From Planctomycetota bacterium (GTDB lineage: Bacteria; Planctomycetota; MHYJ01; JACQXL01; JACRIJ01), in contig JACRIJ010000111.1 of NCBI GenBank assembly GCA_016220095.1, positions 27,748-91,747 on the forward strand: a DNA stretch of 64,000 bases, in the 5' to 3' direction. This document shows positions 59,456 through 64,000 of the stretch, one piece after another (positions within the stretch are counted from its first letter, which is position 1; each line of letters begins with the position of its first letter). The notes under the pieces were generated by a model. It saw only the letters and a program-made list of their open reading frames with translations. It made no database searches and was not told the DNA's origin. The position numbers and the translations under genes were made by a program.

Positions 59456-60334
59456 TCATGCTTCGTCATGCTGGTGCGGTTCAAATACCGCGTGATGGCC
59501 GTCGCGGTCCTTAAGCACCTTTATCATGCACGCGCCCGTAATGATGCTGAACGCGAACATATACGCCCAGACGATCATGTATATTATGGCGGCCAGGGAA
59601 CCGTAAACCAATTCATACCTCACCGTGCCGCGCGACAGGTAAAATGAAAATGCCAACTTTATGCCTTCCCACAGCAGTGTGCCCGTAATTGCGCCGGCAA
59701 GGGCGTACAGCGGCCTCGGTTTGATCCTCGGCACTATCCTGTACAAGGCGTAAAACAGCGCGAGAGACGTGGCCAGCGCGAACGCGTACGGCAGTATTTT
59801 TTCCATGAAGGTCCTTTGTATGCCGTCAACTATCGGCAAGGCGGACATGTGGGCGCCGATATAACTCGCGGCCATCTCCCAGAACATGGAAACCACGACA
59901 AGAATTACGATTATCGCCAGGATGTACATCGTATCCAGCAGGCGGTGTATGAAATCCTTGTGTTTCTGGATGTCCATTATTTTTTCCAGGGCAAAATTCA
60001 GGGCGAAAATTATATTTTTGGAAATCCATAAAAGCGCCGCGATACCTATCAAGCCGAGGGCATTCTTGTTTTTTATGGCGAAATCCAGGGCCTTTCTTAT
60101 GGAATCGTCCATTACAGGTATATTCTGGTCAAGGAGTTTCAGGAAATGCACCCGGGCCTCAAAATCCGAACCGAAAACAAAACCTATGATGGATACGCAC
60201 ACCAATATGACGGGAATAATGGAAAGCACCATGAAATACGCGATGGATGCCGCGAGATAAGACCCGTTGTGCACGGAGTAAGTCTTATACAGGTCAATAC
60301 AGAATGCCCATGTTTTTTTGATTGCAGGAGTCAT
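59456..60334 (-). CDS. YihY/BrkB-family membrane protein
   Basis: AASIAYFMVLSIIP, LYRIVP, LWE..K..F..Y, VYGSLAA. Confidence 0.9.
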   Translation of the reverse strand: MTPAIKKTWAFCIDLYKTYSVHNGSYLAASIAYFMVLSIIPVILVCVSIIGFVFGSDFEARVHFLKLLDQNIPVMDDSIRKALDFAIKNKNALGLIGIAALLWISKNIIFALNFALEKIMDIQKHKDFIHRLLDTMYILAIIVILVVVSMFWEMAASYIGAHMSALPIVDGIQRTFMEKILPYAFALATSLALFYALYRIVPRIKPRPLYALAGAITGTLLWEGIKLAFSFYLSRGTVRYELVYGSLAAIIYMIVWAYMFAFSIITGACMIKVLKDRDGHHAVFEPHQHDEA

Positions 60335-60435
60335 TGCAATATGGTATAAAGGTTTCAGCATTTTGCAATAAAAATGTTGACATTTCAGAATTTGCAAAGT
60401 ATAATATGCGCAGTAAAAAATTCAGGAGATATTTT

Positions 60436-62050
60436 ATGTACCGAATTCCAGGAGTAAAAGTTAATTTTGCTGTTTTGTTATTTTTGTGCTGTTCGCTTTT
60501 ATTCTTAACCCTATGCGGCAAACCGGACGGGCCGTCTTCATCGGCTTCAAACACTACATCCGCTACTCCGCCCCAATCCCCCCTTGCGGACAATAAGCCG
60601 CATCTTCTGAACGAACTCTTCACCGCTCTCAAAGATCCTGTAATCTCAGTGCTGGAAATAGACGCCAATAACGACGGTTCAAAAGACATACTCCTGACTA
60701 CTGCTGGAAACGAAATATACGCGCTCGTAAACCAAAATGGCGGAACCTATATTGCCAAAACATTGCTTTCCAATCAATCAATCTCCTGAGAGTATAAATA
60801 CTGCAAGCAAAAACAATTCGCCTGCTCAGTGGAAATTGAACAAGGATGCCGCGGATAACAGCCCGCCCGCGCATGAACCTATCCTCATTTCGACGGAAAC
60901 CGCGGATATAAATAACGACGGATACGATGATATAATACTTGCCTATGCCGGTACGGAAAATGCGCCCTTGAAAATCCTCTGCGGCAATAGTATTGGCATG
61001 TACGACGACCTGTCAACCGCCCTGCTTCCTTCTCTTGACATACCGGCTCCGATAATGGCTAAATCGGCAGATGTGAATTCCGACGGCCTTGCGGACATCA
61101 TAATCACTTCTTTTGGCAAAACGAAAGTTGACCCTTATGACGTAAAGGCCATAGACCCGAGAAAAAATTACGTGCTTATCAATTCCGGTACCGGCGCATT
61201 TACGGATGAAACCGTAAATCTATTCGGTGAAGATTTCGCCTATACAGCAGGAATAGACGTTCAGATAGCAGATTTTAACGGCGATGGACAGAATGAGCTT
61301 GTTTTGATAAAACCCGATGGCAATCTGCTGTATGAAAACGTTGACGGCAAATTCTTATCGTCATCATATTACGAAACTGTCACGCCTCAGCCGATTCAAA
61401 ACCGGACGATAACCGTTGATGCAGATAACAACGGCAGTCAGGATACCATAGCAATTGCCAATGGAGCCCCCGTAATTATATATGACGCTCCCAATGCCCT
61501 TCAAAAACCAGCCGGACTCCAAACTCAAGACTCAGGACTCCAGACCTCGTATATTTCGCCGTTTCAATACAAGATTTCCGGCAAAGGCTCAAACAGAGCC
61601 AGAACATGGGCTTCCTGGTACGGCCCGGAAACAGCCGGCCCAGTAGGAAGTTATGATAATGAATCAGGTAAAATATGGCTTTATACAAGCACGCTTGCCG
61701 GGTATAGTTACACGTCGCCGTTAAGAATCGGATTTGAAGTGTTACAAACCGGGCCGGTGAATTTTACCGCGCAATCAAATGATTATACGGCCTATGATTT
61801 TCATAACGTAGATGCCGGAACAGTGTCAACGGTGAATATTGTACAGCAAGACAACTGCGTAACAAACGAAGACCTGTTAAATAACGCACGTGTTAAGATA
61901 TACGGCCCGGACCAGGTAGAAACAAGAGAAAGGTTTACGATAAACGTACTTGGGCAGACGATAAATCCGATTTACAGCCTTGGTAATAACGTATATTCTG
62001 TGGAATTTTACGAAAACGACGTATTATTATATAGAAAAGGATTCAATTGA
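60436..62050 (+). pseudogene. FG-GAP/VCBS-repeat secreted protein split by a frameshift at (CAAT)3
   Basis: DANNDGSKDI in ORF1; DINNDGYDDI/DVNSDGLADI/DFNGDGQNEL in ORF2; removing one CAAT at 60771-60782 joins the frames. Confidence 0.7.
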
Positions 62051-62320
62051 GGCGAAGAGCATATGTAACTAAAGACAGTTATCGTCCGCTCTCGTGTCTT
62101 CGTGTCTTCGTGGCAAAAACAGTAAAAGCCGTCGTTTTCCGTGTGTTCCGTGGTTAATAGCATGCGTTTGGTATCGGCGCCAAGCATAAAACCACGTTTT
62201 TTAACCACGGAAAACACAGAAAACACGGAAGATGTTAAAATAGATTACGTGTGACGTGAAGAGACAGGCCTTCCCTCCTGCGCCACTGGCTTCGGATAGT
62301 TGAATAACAAAGGAGGTTAT

Positions 62321-62443
62321 ATGCTGAAACCAAAAATTATTTTTGCAATCTTAGCTGTATTTGCAATCGTGAGCGTCTGCTATTTAGCTTTTTCGTCAAA
62401 ACATAAGCAAAATATAGCTCACCTGCCAAAAAGGACTGGATAA
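62321..62443 (+). CDS. 40-aa small membrane or signal-like peptide (not in the ORF track)
   Basis: SD AAAGGAGGT; MLKPKIIFAILAVFAIVSVCYLAFSSKHKQNIAHLPKRTG*. Confidence 0.5.
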   Translation: MLKPKIIFAILAVFAIVSVCYLAFSSKHKQNIAHLPKRTG

Positions 62444-62470
62444 CAAGCATAAAGTAAAAGGATAAAAAAA

Positions 62471-63694
62471 ATGGCAAGAAAATTATTTTTTGTGTTCGTT
62501 GTTTTGGGCAGTGCGGCTGTAATAACCATGCTGTATAGAAGAACGCATGTCCAGCCAGACACATGCCAATATTGTTTGCCTTTTGATATTGTAAAACAAA
62601 TTGCTGTAACTGCAGACAAATCAAATCCCATATATGTCAGTAAATTTCAAACAGATTATTTTAATTACGTTCCGGCAACTGCGAAAAAAAAGACGATTGA
62701 TCTGTATTCGGCTTCGCTTGTTTATGGAAGCTTTATAGCAATTAATGGAACTTTTGAATTGATTGCTTCTTTAAACCTTAAACCGCCCGGACTTAAACAT
62801 ATTTCACATTTAGAGAAAATCTCAGATTCGCCATCAAGCTGGCTTAATATTTCAAAAGACGCAAATTTGTCATTGGAAACGCTTCTGCCAGAACCCAACA
62901 AAAATGACCCCGTGATTGTAATTATTATCGGCCATTATCCGAATTCATCCCTTCTTGAAAGCACGTTGATAGGACCGATAAAACCAGAAGCAATAAAAGA
63001 AGTAAGTCTTGTTGTAGATTTTCTTTTGCAAAAAGATTTCAACGGAATTCCATACGATGAAGCGCAGAAAATGCTTAGTGCCCGGGAATATTGGAAGGTT
63101 TTCATCGGACTTGCACGAATTAAAACAATGGGGAAAATCACTTCCGCCGATTATTTTTCAGCACTCCGGAATTTACCGCCGACATGCAGTATGGACATAA
63201 CGGATGAACTTTTTAAAGAAGTAACTGTTAATACTAACGTAAAAAATGAACTTACCGCAACGCTTATTTCTTTTATTAAAACCGCCACTCCGGCTCAACA
63301 GGAACCGGTTTTAAGTGAAATCAATAAATTACTGTCAGCCGAAATACGTAATCCCGCTCTTTCCCTTGATCAACTTTACGCGAAATATAATCCTAATGAA
63401 AACGATTACGATTATGAAACAAAAATCCGTGAGCTGGAAGATTTCTTAAAATGGGACAAATACGATTACGGAAAACAACATTATACTTCAAAAGAAAAAG
63501 AACTGCTTGCCGAAGTGAAAAAAGTAATCGGTGCTGAAAAATGGAAATGGAATATTGGAAACTGCCTGGAACCGAAAAAAGAATTATCCGATACGCTTAA
63601 CAAATTGATTACACAGCATGCCGAAAATAAAGAATACGAGAATGTCACAATACAATACAAACAATTAAAAGTCCTGCTCAATAAAACGAAATGA
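62471..63694 (+). CDS. Hypothetical membrane-anchored protein, AT-rich
   Basis: 407-aa ORF with N-terminal TM segment and CQYC. Confidence 0.6.
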   Translation: MARKLFFVFVVLGSAAVITMLYRRTHVQPDTCQYCLPFDIVKQIAVTADKSNPIYVSKFQTDYFNYVPATAKKKTIDLYSASLVYGSFIAINGTFELIASLNLKPPGLKHISHLEKISDSPSSWLNISKDANLSLETLLPEPNKNDPVIVIIIGHYPNSSLLESTLIGPIKPEAIKEVSLVVDFLLQKDFNGIPYDEAQKMLSAREYWKVFIGLARIKTMGKITSADYFSALRNLPPTCSMDITDELFKEVTVNTNVKNELTATLISFIKTATPAQQEPVLSEINKLLSAEIRNPALSLDQLYAKYNPNENDYDYETKIRELEDFLKWDKYDYGKQHYTSKEKELLAEVKKVIGAEKWKWNIGNCLEPKKELSDTLNKLITQHAENKEYENVTIQYKQLKVLLNKTK

Positions 63695-63721
63695 ATATTT
63701 TTTTCTAAACACAAATGGCCG

Positions 63722-64000
63722 TTATAACTTTTTCAATTTCTCTATAATCTCATTTATCACCCAATCCGGCGTTGACGCGCCGGCGGTTACGCCGACCTTT
63801 TTGAATTTCTTCAGCTTTTTCACATCCAGATGTTTGGCGGTTTCCGCGTAATACGTTGGCACGCCGGTGGATTCGCTTATCTGGACAAGGCGCTTCGTAT
63901 TCGCGGAACTCGCGCCGCCTACGACTATCATGGCATCAACCTCTTTGGCCAGCTCCAGCACTTCTTTTTGCCTGTTCGTCGCGGACCTGCAGATGGAATT
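63722..64000 (-). CDS. ispH: 4-hydroxy-3-methylbut-2-enyl diphosphate reductase (partial, runs off the edge)
   Basis: NSIC..T..RQ, VVGG..SANT..L, GVTAGASTP. Confidence 0.93.
   Translation of the reverse strand, partial: NSICRSATNRQKEVLELAKEVDAMIVVGGASSANTKRLVQISESTGVPTYYAETAKHLDVKKLKKFKKVGVTAGASTPDWVINEIIEKLKKL

Overview
Bacterial chromosomal window of moderate GC. HEAT-repeat secreted proteins, a PurS-PurL fusion and many near-consensus sigma70 promoters would fit a Planctomycetota/PVC-type organism, but the taxonomy is only a guess. Housekeeping genes (dusB, purH, tsaB, alr, ssrA/smpB, purL, pilB/pilT, apt, pheA-tyrA-aroF, and partial pbpC and ispH at the edges) are mixed with accessory loci. 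These include a CheB/CheR hybrid kinase, two diguanylate cyclases, a C39 peptidase with a double-Gly partner, and a Cys-rich ArsR followed by an unannotated 56-aa Cys-rich peptide. There are also three tandem paralogous lipoproteins (two giant with swapped C-termini, one truncated), tandem 10-heme and 14-heme MtrA/DmsE-like cytochromes with no adjacent porin, an intact and a catalytically dead Fic, an AbiEi/AbiEii pair and a frameshifted FG-GAP gene. The most distinctive unexplained signal is non-coding. Most long intergenic spaces are mosaics of several families of 7-9-nt triplicated repeat modules, which often end in an ACG/GGACG core and mostly point inward. They abut or overlap stop codons, sometimes supply coding sequence, and bracket gene blocks as inverted pairs. 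No transposase, integrase, reverse transcriptase or CRISPR array is visible. All calls are by eye, without database searches.
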